Positions 32,714 through 43,058 of a DNA stretch of 64,000 nt are shown piece by piece; the first letter of the stretch is position 1; every line of letters starts with the position of its first letter. Location of the stretch: assembly GCA_963724765.1 (NCBI GenBank), contig CAVRVY010000004.1, positions 256,001 through 320,000 of the forward strand, written 5' to 3'. This stretch comes from an uncultured delta proteobacterium. Lineage in GTDB: Bacteria; Desulfobacterota; Binatia; Binatales; Binataceae. The notes below the pieces were generated by a model, which was given only the letters and a program-made list of their open reading frames with translations, was not told the origin of the DNA and ran no database searches. The position numbers and the translations under genes are program-made.

Positions 32714-33799
32714 CTAGCTACGCCACGGCTCGACCAGGATTTTCGCGTGCCGCTCGGGTGACGCTAAATCCTCGAAGGCCTGCGCGACGCCTTCGACTCC
32801 GACCTTGCCGGTCACCAGCGGGTCGCCATTGACCTTGCCCTCGCACAGGTTGCGCAGCGTGGCGGCGAACTCCTGGCCGGTATAGCCGAGTACGAACTGC
32901 AGATTGAGTTCCTTGTTGATGCCGAACAGTGGCTCGATATGATCGCGCTCCATGCAGACGCCGACCACGACCATCCGCGCGTGGGCCGGGGCCGCGGCCA
33001 TTATCGACTCGATCACGCCCGGCACTCCGACACACTCGAAAATCACCGCGGGCCGCAGCGCCGGCCCGGGCATCCACGGCGGCAGTTGCGGCGCGCGAGC
33101 GGGGTCTTTGTAAGCGGCAAGCTCGCGCCAGCTCTCGTAGGGCGACTTCTCCTTGGGATCGATCACGACGTCGGCGCCCATCTGCAGCGCGAGAGCGCGG
33201 CGGCGGGGCGAGAAATCCGCTGCGACGATCGGATGCACCCCCTTGAGCTTGAGCGCCGCGATAACCGCCAGGCCTACCGGGCCGCATCCGATCACCAGCG
33301 GCGCGTCGTCCTGCTCCATCCGCGCCTTGGCCACCGCATGATAACCGACCGCGAGCGGCTCGGTCAGCGCAGCGCGCTCGGTCGGAAGTCCGTTGGGCAC
33401 TTCGAGCAGCAGCTTCTCGGTCAGCCGCATGTATTCGCCGTAGCCGCCGGGATGGTCGTTCGAGTAGCCGACCGTCTCGACACCGGTGGCGCGAATCAGC
33501 ACGGGCATCGCACACACTCGCGCGCCAGGCTTAAAGCGGCGCTGGGTTTGAGGTCCGTAGTCGACGACCTCGGCGCAGAACTCGTGGCCCATCACGATGT
33601 CGCGTTTGAGATCCATGATGAACGGGCCGCCAGAGCGCCGCGCCCCTTCGACCAGTTTCTCGGCGTGCTTGAGCGCATGCAGATCGGAGCCGCAGATTCC
33701 GCAGGCGAGCGTCTTGACCAGCGCCTCGCCGGGGCCCGGCGCGGGCGTGGCAATATCGTCGACCACGAGCTTCTTGTTACGCATCACGGCAGCGCGCAT
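32714..33799 (-). CDS. Zinc-binding medium-chain dehydrogenase
   Basis: CGICGSDLH, GHEF, EPLAV, GCGPVG; lacks the structural-Zn Cys loop. Confidence 0.9.
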   Translation of the reverse strand: MRAAVMRNKKLVVDDIATPAPGPGEALVKTLACGICGSDLHALKHAEKLVEGARRSGGPFIMDLKRDIVMGHEFCAEVVDYGPQTQRRFKPGARVCAMPVLIRATGVETVGYSNDHPGGYGEYMRLTEKLLLEVPNGLPTERAALTEPLAVGYHAVAKARMEQDDAPLVIGCGPVGLAVIAALKLKGVHPIVAADFSPRRRALALQMGADVVIDPKEKSPYESWRELAAYKDPARAPQLPPWMPGPALRPAVIFECVGVPGVIESIMAAAPAHARMVVVGVCMERDHIEPLFGINKELNLQFVLGYTGQEFAATLRNLCEGKVNGDPLVTGKVGVEGVAQAFEDLASPERHAKILVEPWRS

Positions 33800-33882
33800 G
33801 AGGTAGTCCTCCGAATCGTGACGTTATCCCAGGAGTCGGTTGAGCAATAGCTAATCACTGAGCAATAGCCTTGGGCGCGCCG

Positions 33883-35907
33883 CTACAATTGCTCCAGCTC
33901 GCGCACGAAGCGGCGTAAATCGGACGGACGGCCGGCGGCCATAATGGTGTCGCCGGGATTGAGCTTGCGCTCGGGCGTAATCGGCACGAACCCGTCTTCG
34001 CTCGCGCCGGCTTTTTGCACCGCGAGCACGCTCACGCCGAAGCGCGTGCGCGGCGCAAGCTCGACCATCGTCTTACCTTGCGCGGTTGGCGGCACGATGA
34101 TGCGCATCAGACGATAGCCGGTCGCCCAGAAGATACTGGTGCCGGTGTTGGCGAGCGTCGAAAGCGACACCGCCATCCGGTTCAGCACCTGGCCAATCTC
34201 CTTGCGCGCGATAAGGCCGGCCAGGTGCCGGCCGCGCTGGCCGGCGGTGCTATCAACCACCGGCAATTCCTCGAGGTCCTCGGACTCCATCAGTTGCGCG
34301 GCCTCGTCGAGATTGGAATCGCCGCTCACCACCGGGCAATTGCGCCGGCAGATGTCGTAGGCGTTGACCAAGCCCACCACGTCGGCCTGGCTGCTCAGCA
34401 TCGCGACCAGGTCGCGCGTCACGATAAGGCCGGCCAGTCCGCCAGCGTCGTCGACCACCGGCAGCGTCGCCTGCGCGGTGTCGCCCGCCGCGCGCAAAAC
34501 TTCCGCGAGCGGGGCCTTGGATTGCACGACCGCCGGGTCGTGCGTCATCACGCTCTCGACCGGAATCTGCGTCAGCACCAGCCGTTCGCGGCCAATCTCG
34601 AGCGTCTTGCCTTCGCGCGCCAGACGATAGGTGTCGATCGACTCATGCTCGAGCGAGCGCGAAACTACCAACGCCGTCACCACCGCGATCATCGCCGGCA
34701 GCGCGACCTGGTAATTCTGGGTCATATCGAGCAGCAAAAAAAGCGCGGTCAACGGCGCGTGCGTCACGCCGCACAGGAAGGTGCTCAATCCGACCAGCGC
34801 GTACGACCCGCGCGGTCCGGTCAGCTTCGGCACTATCGAGGCCATCGCGCGCTGAAACGTCGCCCCCGCCATCGTGCCGATGAAAAACGTCGGGCCGAAG
34901 ACGCCGCCAGGCGCGCCGCACCCGAGCGACACGCTGGAGGTGAAGAACTTGGCCGCGGTCAGCGCGAACGTGATCCCGATGGCGAAGCGGCCCTCCATCG
35001 CGCGGTTGATCATCGGATAGCCGTCGGAGAGGTTCTGCGGCAATGGAATCGCGACCAGGCCGACGACCAGCAGGCCCAACGCCAGACGGGCCCACTGCGG
35101 CCCTTTCATCCTGCGGAAAGCCGCTGCGGTGGCATGGAAGAAATGGATGTAGCCAGCGCTGAGCGCGCCCAGCAGAGCACCCATCAAGGTGTATGACAGC
35201 AGTTCCCAATAACTGCGCATCACAAAGACCGGGGTCTGGAAGACCGCGGCGTCGCCGGTAATCGCACGCGAAAAGACCACTGCGCTCACGGTCGAGACCA
35301 GCAACAGCGTCAGGTTGCTAAGCTCGGTCTCGCCGAGCAGGACGATCTCCTGGGCAAAGAGCACACCACCGACCGGAGCGTTGAAGGTGGTGGCGATCCC
35401 GGCGCCCGCACCGGCGGCGATCAGGACCTTGGCGCGGTCGGCCGGCAAGCGGCGCAATTGCGCGACCGCCGAGCCGATCGCTCCGCCGATTTGCGCGATC
35501 GGCCCCTCGCGTCCGACCGAGGCGCCGCAGCCGAGCGACAACGCCGCGCCCACAGCCTTAAGCACGATCCAGCGCCGCTTGATCCGCGCGCTGCCGAGAT
35601 TCACCATTTCGAGGAAATTCGGAAAGCCGTAGCCGAGCACGTCGCCCGGAAACAGCCAGTTGAGCAGGATCATCCCAACGCCGCCGCTCAGCAGCACCAC
35701 CGGCACCAGCCCAAGCCGCAGGCCGCCGTGCGCGATTCCGAGCGCATCCCATTCCATGCCCAGGAACACCCAAGTGAAGAATTCGATCAGCGCGCGAAAG
35801 CCCAGATTGCCAAGCGCGGCCAGCACGCCGACCACCGCCGCCAGCAGAATCTGCAGCGTGTAGTTGAACTCGTCAGTACGTAACGATAGCGGCCGCAATA
35901 TCCGCAT
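33883..35907 (-). CDS. CLC-family anion channel/transporter with CBS pair and TrkA_C (RCK-C) domain
   Basis: GREGP, FNAP, GGVFGP; CBS LPVVD twice; C-terminal GKT..EL..R..FGV.VLA...L..GD. Confidence 0.9.
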   Translation of the reverse strand: MRILRPLSLRTDEFNYTLQILLAAVVGVLAALGNLGFRALIEFFTWVFLGMEWDALGIAHGGLRLGLVPVVLLSGGVGMILLNWLFPGDVLGYGFPNFLEMVNLGSARIKRRWIVLKAVGAALSLGCGASVGREGPIAQIGGAIGSAVAQLRRLPADRAKVLIAAGAGAGIATTFNAPVGGVLFAQEIVLLGETELSNLTLLLVSTVSAVVFSRAITGDAAVFQTPVFVMRSYWELLSYTLMGALLGALSAGYIHFFHATAAAFRRMKGPQWARLALGLLVVGLVAIPLPQNLSDGYPMINRAMEGRFAIGITFALTAAKFFTSSVSLGCGAPGGVFGPTFFIGTMAGATFQRAMASIVPKLTGPRGSYALVGLSTFLCGVTHAPLTALFLLLDMTQNYQVALPAMIAVVTALVVSRSLEHESIDTYRLAREGKTLEIGRERLVLTQIPVESVMTHDPAVVQSKAPLAEVLRAAGDTAQATLPVVDDAGGLAGLIVTRDLVAMLSSQADVVGLVNAYDICRRNCPVVSGDSNLDEAAQLMESEDLEELPVVDSTAGQRGRHLAGLIARKEIGQVLNRMAVSLSTLANTGTSIFWATGYRLMRIIVPPTAQGKTMVELAPRTRFGVSVLAVQKAGASEDGFVPITPERKLNPGDTIMAAGRPSDLRRFVRELEQL

Positions 35908-35994
35908 CAGCCAGCTCCCCTCCCCTGCCTCCCCGCGCTCGCGCGCGCCAACGTCCCGCGCACGCGGCTCCGCGCCTCACCCCGGGGCCGAGCG

Positions 35995-36888
35995 CTACAA
36001 ACCGAGGAAGCGATGGACCACGGCGAGGAACTCCGCGAGCTGATCGTGATGAACCCAGTGGCCGGCCTTGCGAATCGTCACCAGCTCGGAAGTGCGGAAA
36101 GAGTCCAGGCGCCCGTCGCGCTCCCAGTCGCCGGCCCACGACTCGTCACCGCGTACCAGCAGCGTCGGGCAGCGGATGCGGCTCCAGATTTCGGTCGCGT
36201 CCTTGAGGTTGAACAGGTATGGCGAATGGGCGCGGGTGTAATTGTCGAATTTCCATGAGTAGGTGCCGTTCTCGTTGCGCCGCACGCCGTGGATCGTCAG
36301 ATGGCGCGCCTGCTCGAGACTGAGATGCGGGTTGGCGACGCGCATTCGCTCCAGCGCCTCCTCGATATTCGGGTACTCGCGCGGCCTGCGCTGGGCGAGC
36401 GCGCGCATATCACCGACCCAGTTATCCATCCGCTCGTAGGCCGGGGTTTCACGCAGCATCGCGGAGGGCGGCCCCAGGCCCTCGATCGCGATCAGCGCCT
36501 TGACCAAATCGGGGAATACGCCGGCCACTTGCAGCGCGACGCCCGCGCCCAGCGAATGGCCGATCAGCGTGACCGGCCCGCCGGCGATCGCGTTGGTCAA
36601 CTGGTAGAGATCGAGCACGTGATCGATCATGGCGTAGCTGCCGCCAATCGCCCAATCGGAATCGCCATGGCCGCGAAGATCGGGGGCGACCAGATGGAAG
36701 TGCTGGCGCAACTCGAGCGCGACCCAATCCCAGTTGCGGCAATGGTCGCGTCCGCCGTGCACCAGGATCGCCATCGGCTTGTCCGCGTTGCCCCAGTCGA
36801 CATAGTGAAGCTTCAGCCGCTGGGAATAGAAGTAATGCGAAGTGGGGCCGATAATGTCCGTCATGATATTCGTGACGACCTCCGCCAT
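35995..36888 (-). CDS. Alpha/beta hydrolase
   Basis: HGG, DLRGHGDS, GHSLG nucleophile, AGHWVHHD; AAGGAGG before ATG 36888. Confidence 0.9.
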   Translation of the reverse strand: MAEVVTNIMTDIIGPTSHYFYSQRLKLHYVDWGNADKPMAILVHGGRDHCRNWDWVALELRQHFHLVAPDLRGHGDSDWAIGGSYAMIDHVLDLYQLTNAIAGGPVTLIGHSLGAGVALQVAGVFPDLVKALIAIEGLGPPSAMLRETPAYERMDNWVGDMRALAQRRPREYPNIEEALERMRVANPHLSLEQARHLTIHGVRRNENGTYSWKFDNYTRAHSPYLFNLKDATEIWSRIRCPTLLVRGDESWAGDWERDGRLDSFRTSELVTIRKAGHWVHHDQLAEFLAVVHRFLGL

Positions 36889-37025
36889 GGCGCCTCCTTG
36901 GGCCGTGCGCGCGCGGCCCTGACCCATCCGCGGCCATCCGCCAGGCCGGGGCGCGCGGGACCCGCCCTATAATCCAATGGAAAGCCGCCGCAGCCGCAAG
37001 AGGCCGGCTGCGAAACTCCGCGCCG

Positions 37026-37106
37026 GAATTCCTCGCTTCGCAGACTTCGCTCGGAATGACATTGTCGACTTTTTCTAAAAAGGGCCGCTCGCGAGCGGCC
37101 CTTGCA
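37026..37106. repeat. Composite repeat locus: GTCATTCCGAGC-type element plus REP-like palindrome
   Basis: Reverse complement gtcattccgagcgaagtctgcgaagcgaggaattc; palindrome agggccgctcgcgagcggccct at 37081-37102. Confidence 0.55.
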
Positions 37107-37117
37107 CCAGAACGGTA

Positions 37118-38458
37118 CTACCGCAGATTCGGGTGCACGTCGTCGAGCGTCGCACGCAGCCGACTCACGATGTATTCAATTTCGTCGGTGCCGATCACAA
37201 ACGGCGGCGTGACCATCACCGCGTCGCCGCCCGGCCGCGCCATCCCGGTCGCCGGATAGACGAACAGTCCGCGCTTGAGTCCCGCCGCGACCACTCTGCT
37301 CGCAACCTTCATCGCCGGCGGATACGGCGCGCGCGAGGCGCGGTCGCGCACCATCTCGACGCCCCAGAACATCCCGGTGCCGCGGATATCGCCGACCATC
37401 GGATGCCCCGACAGTTCCTCCTTGAGTTGCGCGCCCAGCCGCGCGCCCATCTCGGCCGCGCGCTCGATCAGATGCTCGCGCTCCATGATTTCGAGCACGC
37501 GGTCGGCGACCGCGCAGGCGGTCGGATGCGAGCTGTAGGTGTAGAACATGAAGTCGGCGCCCTTCGCTTCGCACTGCTCGACCAGGCTCTCCTGCACCGC
37601 GATCATGCCCATCGGCATGTAGCCGCCGGTCAGTCCTTTGCCGCCGACCAGGATGTCGGGGATGACGTTCCAATGGTCCACGGCGAAGCGGCGTCCGGTG
37701 CGTCCGAACCCGGTCATCACTTCGTCGGCGATCAGCAGCACGCCGTGGCGCTGGCAGATCTCGGCGAGGCGCGGCCAGTACTCCTTAACCGGCGGCACCG
37801 AGCCGCCCGCCGAACCCATCATCGGCTCGGCGATAAACGCCGCGATCGTGTCCTCGCCCTGGCGATCGATCTCCTCTTCGAGCGCATTGGCGCAATCGAT
37901 ATCGCATCCGGGGTAGGTCTTGTCCCACGGACAGCGGTAACAATACGACGGTTTGATCTTCGGCCAATCGAACAGCACGCGCTCGTAGTCGGCGCGGCGC
38001 AGGCTTGCGCCAACCGAAAGCGCGGCGATGGAGTTGCCGTGGTAGGAAGCCTCGCGCGCGATAATTTTCGTGCGCTCGGGGCGGCCGTGCACCTTGTGAT
38101 ACATCAGCGCGAACTTGAGCGCCGCCTCGACCGCCTCCGATCCGCCCGAAGTGAAGAAAAAGCGCGTGAGGCCCGGCGGAGTCCATCGCGCGAGCCGCTC
38201 GACCAGCCGCTGGCGCTGCGGCGTCGACCAGATCGGAACGACGTAGTTGGCGCGGCGCACCTCTTCGGCCATCAGTTGCGCGATTTCCTCGCGCCCTTGC
38301 CCGATGTTGGTCACCACGGCGCCGGCCGCCGCGTCGAGGATTTTTCCGCCGTCGGCGGTGTAGAGCCACGCCCCCTCGGCATGGTCGATCAGCAGCGGCT
38401 CATAGGGACCGCGAATGAAGGTTAACGGCAGCTTGGGTGACTCGGGTATCTCGGCCAT
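37118..38458 (-). CDS. Class III aminotransferase
   Basis: SGGSEAVE, SYHG, FIAEP, LIADEVMTGFGRTG, GKGL.GG (PLP Lys). Confidence 0.92.
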   Translation of the reverse strand: MAEIPESPKLPLTFIRGPYEPLLIDHAEGAWLYTADGGKILDAAAGAVVTNIGQGREEIAQLMAEEVRRANYVVPIWSTPQRQRLVERLARWTPPGLTRFFFTSGGSEAVEAALKFALMYHKVHGRPERTKIIAREASYHGNSIAALSVGASLRRADYERVLFDWPKIKPSYCYRCPWDKTYPGCDIDCANALEEEIDRQGEDTIAAFIAEPMMGSAGGSVPPVKEYWPRLAEICQRHGVLLIADEVMTGFGRTGRRFAVDHWNVIPDILVGGKGLTGGYMPMGMIAVQESLVEQCEAKGADFMFYTYSSHPTACAVADRVLEIMEREHLIERAAEMGARLGAQLKEELSGHPMVGDIRGTGMFWGVEMVRDRASRAPYPPAMKVASRVVAAGLKRGLFVYPATGMARPGGDAVMVTPPFVIGTDEIEYIVSRLRATLDDVHPNLR

Positions 38459-38485
38459 TGCCACGCTCCTCACACCGATCGCGCC

Positions 38486-39691
38486 CTAACGGATCGCGCC
38501 CTCGGCACGCCAGCGCTCGATATCGTTCTGATTGTAGCCGAGGTCGGTCAGGATTTCGTCGGTATGCTGGCCGAGCTTGGGCGCGAGCGAGCGGATCGAT
38601 CCAGGGGTCTCGGAGAGCTTGACCGAAATTCCGACCTGCTTGACCTTTTCGCCGGTGGGCGCTTCGACCTCGACGATCATGTTGCGCGCGCGGATTTGCG
38701 GGTCGTGCTCGAGTTCGTCCAGCGTCAGCATCCGGCCCACGCAGATATCGGCTTTGGTCAGCACTTCCCACCACTCGTCGCGGGTTTTGGTCTTGAAGAT
38801 CTCGGCGAAGCGCAGCTTGATCTCGTCGAAGCGGGAGCTGTTGTACTCGTCTTGGATAAATTCCTCGGTGCCGAGCGCGCGGCACAAATTGGAGTAGAAC
38901 CACGGCTCGACAGAACCGATCGTGATATATTTGTCGTCCTTGGTCAGATAAAGGTTGTAATACGGCGCCGAGCCGTCCAGCGTGGTTGCGCCGCGCCGCG
39001 GAATCCATCCCTTGCCGTAATGGTTGGAGAGCGCCTGCGCGATCAGCAGCATCGTCCCGTCCAGCATCGCGATATCCACATACTGTCCGCGGCCGGTCTG
39101 ATGGCGCGCGAGCAGCGCCGCAAGCACGCCGATCGCCGCGTGCATCCCGCCCCCCGCGTAATCCGCGAGCAGATTCTGCGGAATCGTCGGTGGCTGGTCC
39201 TTGCGCCCGATCATCGAGAGCGCACCCGACTGCGCGATATAGTTGAGGTCGTGGCCGACGAAATCGCGATACGGCCCGGTTTGGCCGAAGCCGGTCACCG
39301 CGCAGTAGACCAGGCGCGGATTGCGCGCCGAGAGCATCGGGAAGTCGATTCCCAGCCGCTTGGCAACGCCGGGGCGGAATTCCTCGACCACCACGTCGGC
39401 GCGCTGCGCCATCCGCAGAAAGACCTCGCGCCCCGCCCCACTTTTGAGATTTAGCCCGATCGATTTCTTGTTGCGTCCAAGCGCGTTGTGCACGCCCAGG
39501 CCAGTCGCCGGGCGCTGCGTCTTGCCCGAGGCCGCGGCCTGCTCGGCGCGCCGTCCGGTGGGCGGCCCGGGTTCTTCGACCTTGATGATATCCGCGCCAA
39601 GGTCGCCGAGGATCATCGTGCAATGCGGTCCGGGAGCGAGCTTGGTGAGGTCGATAACCTTGATGCCGCTGAGCGGTGCGATTGAAGCCAT
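38486..39691 (-). CDS. Class III CoA-transferase (CaiB/BaiF, AMACR-like)
   Basis: PLSGIKVIDL, LGDLGA, RNKKS..LNLK, FRPGV, GHDLNY, LADYAGG. Confidence 0.9.
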   Translation of the reverse strand: MASIAPLSGIKVIDLTKLAPGPHCTMILGDLGADIIKVEEPGPPTGRRAEQAAASGKTQRPATGLGVHNALGRNKKSIGLNLKSGAGREVFLRMAQRADVVVEEFRPGVAKRLGIDFPMLSARNPRLVYCAVTGFGQTGPYRDFVGHDLNYIAQSGALSMIGRKDQPPTIPQNLLADYAGGGMHAAIGVLAALLARHQTGRGQYVDIAMLDGTMLLIAQALSNHYGKGWIPRRGATTLDGSAPYYNLYLTKDDKYITIGSVEPWFYSNLCRALGTEEFIQDEYNSSRFDEIKLRFAEIFKTKTRDEWWEVLTKADICVGRMLTLDELEHDPQIRARNMIVEVEAPTGEKVKQVGISVKLSETPGSIRSLAPKLGQHTDEILTDLGYNQNDIERWRAEGAIR

Positions 39692-39840
39692 GAGCTTGCA
39701 GTGTCTCCTTCGTTACGGCGTGCGCGCGTCAAAGGCGCGCGCAATTGCATTGGTGATGATGTACTTTCTTTAAATCGTCGCGTCCACGCGCGCAAACCCT
39801 CGATGCCGGCCGTCGCGCTCCGCGGCCTCGCGCGTGTGGC

Positions 39841-40677
39841 TTAGACCACCGCCGCGCGCAGCCGCGAAAGCCGCTCGTTCAGCGCGCGCAGCCCCTCGAC
39901 CATGTGCACGCCGTACCAGTGCAGGTCGCGACCGCTGATCAGCAGCACCCGGCGCCCCAGCGCCGCCGGCAGCATCGCTTTAAGCTCATCGAGGTCGCCC
40001 TGGCCGAATTCGTACGGTTCGTCGGGCAACAGCACGATATCGGGGCGATGCTCGACGGCCTCTTCGATCGTGGTGCGCGGATAGCGCTCGCCGGCGGCAG
40101 CATAGACGTTGTTGAAGCCCATCATGCGCAGCACGTCATGCGCATAGGTATCGCCGTTGAAGGTCATCCAGGGCTTTTTCCAAATAGGACAGAACACGCG
40201 CAGCCGAAGCTTGCTCCAGACGCCGAGCCCGGCCTCGACTCCGCTCACCGAGAGCGTTATCTCGCGCGCGAGCGTCGCCGCCTGCGATTCGCGATCCAGC
40301 GCGCGGCCGATACGCAGGATCGATTCGACCGCGCCCGGCACCGTGCGCGGATAGGTGGTGAGCACCGGCACTCCCTGCTCACGCAGACGCTCGATATCCT
40401 CGCGGCGGTTTTCCTCCGCGTTGGCGATCACCAGGTCCGGCTTGAGCTTCGCGATCTCGCGCAGGTTGGGATTTTTGGTGCCGCCCACCTTGGGGATCGC
40501 CGCGAGTGCCTGGGCCGGCTCGACGCAAAAGCGCGTTGCCGCGACCACCATCTCACCCGCGCCCAGCGCGAACAGCGTCTGCGTCCAGCTCGGCACCAGT
40601 GAGACAACGCGAGACGGCGGGCGCTCGAGCTCAACCTTTAGACCGATATCGTCGCTGAGTTGAAGCCATAAGGCCAT
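39841..40677 (-). CDS. Helical-backbone metal/cobalamin-binding protein (BtuF-like), no obvious signal peptide
   Basis: RVVSLVPS.T, FC..P, VGGTKNP, EEN, PDEPY. Confidence 0.75.
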   Translation of the reverse strand: MALWLQLSDDIGLKVELERPPSRVVSLVPSWTQTLFALGAGEMVVAATRFCVEPAQALAAIPKVGGTKNPNLREIAKLKPDLVIANAEENRREDIERLREQGVPVLTTYPRTVPGAVESILRIGRALDRESQAATLAREITLSVSGVEAGLGVWSKLRLRVFCPIWKKPWMTFNGDTYAHDVLRMMGFNNVYAAAGERYPRTTIEEAVEHRPDIVLLPDEPYEFGQGDLDELKAMLPAALGRRVLLISGRDLHWYGVHMVEGLRALNERLSRLRAAVV

Positions 40678-40688
40678 CGGGGTTCGAC

Positions 40689-41030
40689 CTACCTGCCGCT
40701 GCTCTTTTGCCGCACTATCTGATCGAGCGCACGGCGGTCGGAGTCGGTCAGGCGCTCGGTCGTGCCGTCGTTCAACGGCTGCGCCGACTGCAACGGCTGC
40801 GCCGGCTGCAACCGCTGCGTCGACTGCAATGGCTGCGCCGGCTGGCCCGGCCGAGACTCGCCCGCTATCGCAGGCAACCGCGTCGCGCAGCGATGGGTCA
40901 GGAAATTCATCGCACGCGGCGCCAGCACGCGCCGGGTGATGAATCCGGCCACGAGCACGAGCAAGGCCACCATCAGGATCATGCTGGGACGCTTACGCCT
41001 GACGCGTGACCGCCGCCGCCGTTTTGCCAT
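40689..41030 (-). CDS. Small membrane protein with (QPLQ/SAQ) hexapeptide repeats
   Basis: Basic N-terminus, TM helix, ~18-bp repeats at 40772-40840, C-terminal E.L..SDR.ALD. Confidence 0.55.
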   Translation of the reverse strand: MAKRRRRSRVRRKRPSMILMVALLVLVAGFITRRVLAPRAMNFLTHRCATRLPAIAGESRPGQPAQPLQSTQRLQPAQPLQSAQPLNDGTTERLTDSDRRALDQIVRQKSSGR

Positions 41031-41256
41031 CGAGAAAAACCCCGCGCGAACCGTCAGACACCCCTCATCCGTCACACTTCCGCCATCCAATCCGCCGCCG
41101 CGGGCCGGATAACCCATCCGTCACAGATGCGGGCTGCGGAATCCTAGCGCACCGCGATGCTAATTAGAACCGGCCATACGCATCCACGTCGTCGAAGCGC
41201 GAGCTGGAAGCGCGAGCTGCAAGCGGGAGCTGAGTGACGTCGTCAAAAACGGCACG

Positions 41257-41297
41257 TGGCGGGCGGCTCCCCTGCTCCAGGGATACCCGCCCGCCGC
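41257..41297 (-). terminator. Hairpin downstream of the DegP-like gene
   Basis: ggcgggcgg...ccgcccgcc stem; T-run nearby on the minus strand. Confidence 0.5.
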
Positions 41298-41309
41298 TTG
41301 TTTTACTGA

Positions 41310-41424
41310 TCTCTTGGAAGGCCCGTTGGCGTCCCAGCTCAGTTCTTCGGTTTGGTGACCGTGCGCATCCTCTCTTGGAAGCCCGTTGGCGTCCAGCTCA
41401 GTTCTACGGTTTGGTGACCGTGTG
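41310..41424. repeat. Two-unit ~60-bp direct tandem repeat
   Basis: tctcttggaa(g)gcccgttggcgtc(c)cagctcagttct(t/a)cggtttggtgaccgtg at 41310 and 41371. Confidence 0.9.
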
Positions 41425-41441
41425 CCTCATGGCGTTATCGC

Positions 41442-43058
41442 TCAGCCCGCTGGCTTGATCACCGTGTACATCGTGGCGTTGCCGCGCTGCACCAGGAGGA
41501 GAGCCGAGTTCTTGTCCTTCTTGGCCTCCTTGGCAGCCGACAGGAAATCGTCGACGGTGTTGACCTTTGCGTGATTGACCTCGAGCACGACGTCGCCCTG
41601 CTGGATTCCAGCGTCAGCCGCCGGGCTGTCGGGTTGCACGCCGCGAACCACCACGCCCTTGGTATTGTTTAGGTTGAGCTGGTTGGCGATGTCGGGCGTG
41701 ATAGACTGAACCTGGAGGCCCCAGTTGGAGCCGGGTTCCTCGCTCTTGGCGCTGGCGAGCTGCTCTTCCTTGAGCTCGGCGACTTTGACCGGGATCGTAA
41801 GATGCTTGCCGTTACGGATCACTTCGACCGAAACGGTATCGCCGATCGGCGTCTGCGCCACGAGTTCGGGGAGCTGATGCTCGTCCTGCACCTCGGTGCC
41901 ATTGAACTTGACGATGATGTCGCCGCGCAGGATGCCTGACTTGAGCGCCGGGCCCTCCTTCTCGACGTTGGCTACCAACGCGCCCTCGGGCTTGGGCAGG
42001 TTGAAGGACTGAGCGAGGTCAGGCGTGACTTCCTGAATTTCGACTCCCAGCCACCCGCGCACCACCTTGCCATGGTCCTTGAGCTGCTGCATCACCTGCT
42101 TGGCGATGTCGATCGGTATAGCGAAGCCGATCCCGGCGTTGCTGCCGGTGCTGCTGTAGATGGCCGTGTTGATACCGATTACTTGGCCCTTGGCGTTGAA
42201 CAGCGGGCCACCCGAGTTGCCCGGGTTTATCGACGCGTCGGTCTGGATGAAGTCGTCGTAGTTGCCGCCGAGCGCGCGCCCCTTGGCGCTGATGATCCCG
42301 GCCGTGACCGTCGAGTTGAAACCGAACGGGCTGCCGATCGCGATTACCCAGTCACCAACCTCCGCCGAGTTGGAATCGCCCAGCGGCGCCACCGGCAGGG
42401 GCTGCTTGGTGTCGATCTTGATAAGAGCAAGATCGGTCTTGGGATCTTTGCCGACGACCTTGGCGGTAAACTCGCGCTTGTCGAGCAGCCGGACGTGAAT
42501 CTCATCGGCGTGTCCGGCCACGTGATTGTTGGTCAGGATATAGCCGTCGGGCGAGACGATTACGCCCGAGCCGAGCCCGTGCTGCTTGTATTCATGGGGA
42601 ATCTGGCCGAAGAAGCGGCGGAACTGGTCGAAGGGATTTTGCTGCTGACCAAACGGCCCGCCGGGCCCCTGATCGTTAGGTCCATTCGGTCCGCCCGAAT
42701 CCGGTCCTTCGGGTCCGTCCGGTGAGTCACCCGGTCCAGCCTGGTCGCCGGGTCCGAATGGCGCCCCGGACTTCACCTGCTGAACCACGCTGACATTGAC
42801 CACCGAGGGCATTACCCGCTTGACCAACGGCGCGAAAGACGGAATCAGAACGCCGGCCTCGTTGGGTTCGGGCTGATTAGCCGGCGCAGGTTCGGGATTC
42901 GGCTCCGCTTGGGCAGTTCGTTCGGCGGGGGGAGACTGGGACTTGGCGTGCTCCTGCTGTGGGCTGGAACTCCAGAACGGAAAGGCTCCGGCGCGCGCAA
43001 AGGCTATTAGAATACCCAGGAACACGCCGCAGGATACTGCGGCGATCTTCTTAAACAT
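41442..43058 (-). CDS. DegP/DegQ (Do-family) periplasmic serine protease with two PDZ domains
   Basis: GSGVI, TNNHV, TDLAL, QTDASINPGNSGGPL, two PDZ domains; signal peptide. Confidence 0.95.
   Translation of the reverse strand: MFKKIAAVSCGVFLGILIAFARAGAFPFWSSSPQQEHAKSQSPPAERTAQAEPNPEPAPANQPEPNEAGVLIPSFAPLVKRVMPSVVNVSVVQQVKSGAPFGPGDQAGPGDSPDGPEGPDSGGPNGPNDQGPGGPFGQQQNPFDQFRRFFGQIPHEYKQHGLGSGVIVSPDGYILTNNHVAGHADEIHVRLLDKREFTAKVVGKDPKTDLALIKIDTKQPLPVAPLGDSNSAEVGDWVIAIGSPFGFNSTVTAGIISAKGRALGGNYDDFIQTDASINPGNSGGPLFNAKGQVIGINTAIYSSTGSNAGIGFAIPIDIAKQVMQQLKDHGKVVRGWLGVEIQEVTPDLAQSFNLPKPEGALVANVEKEGPALKSGILRGDIIVKFNGTEVQDEHQLPELVAQTPIGDTVSVEVIRNGKHLTIPVKVAELKEEQLASAKSEEPGSNWGLQVQSITPDIANQLNLNNTKGVVVRGVQPDSPAADAGIQQGDVVLEVNHAKVNTVDDFLSAAKEAKKDKNSALLLVQRGNATMYTVIKPAG

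Noticed and set aside
41310-41424. CRISPR array
   Set aside because: Only two ~60-nt units, no unique spacers, no cas genes
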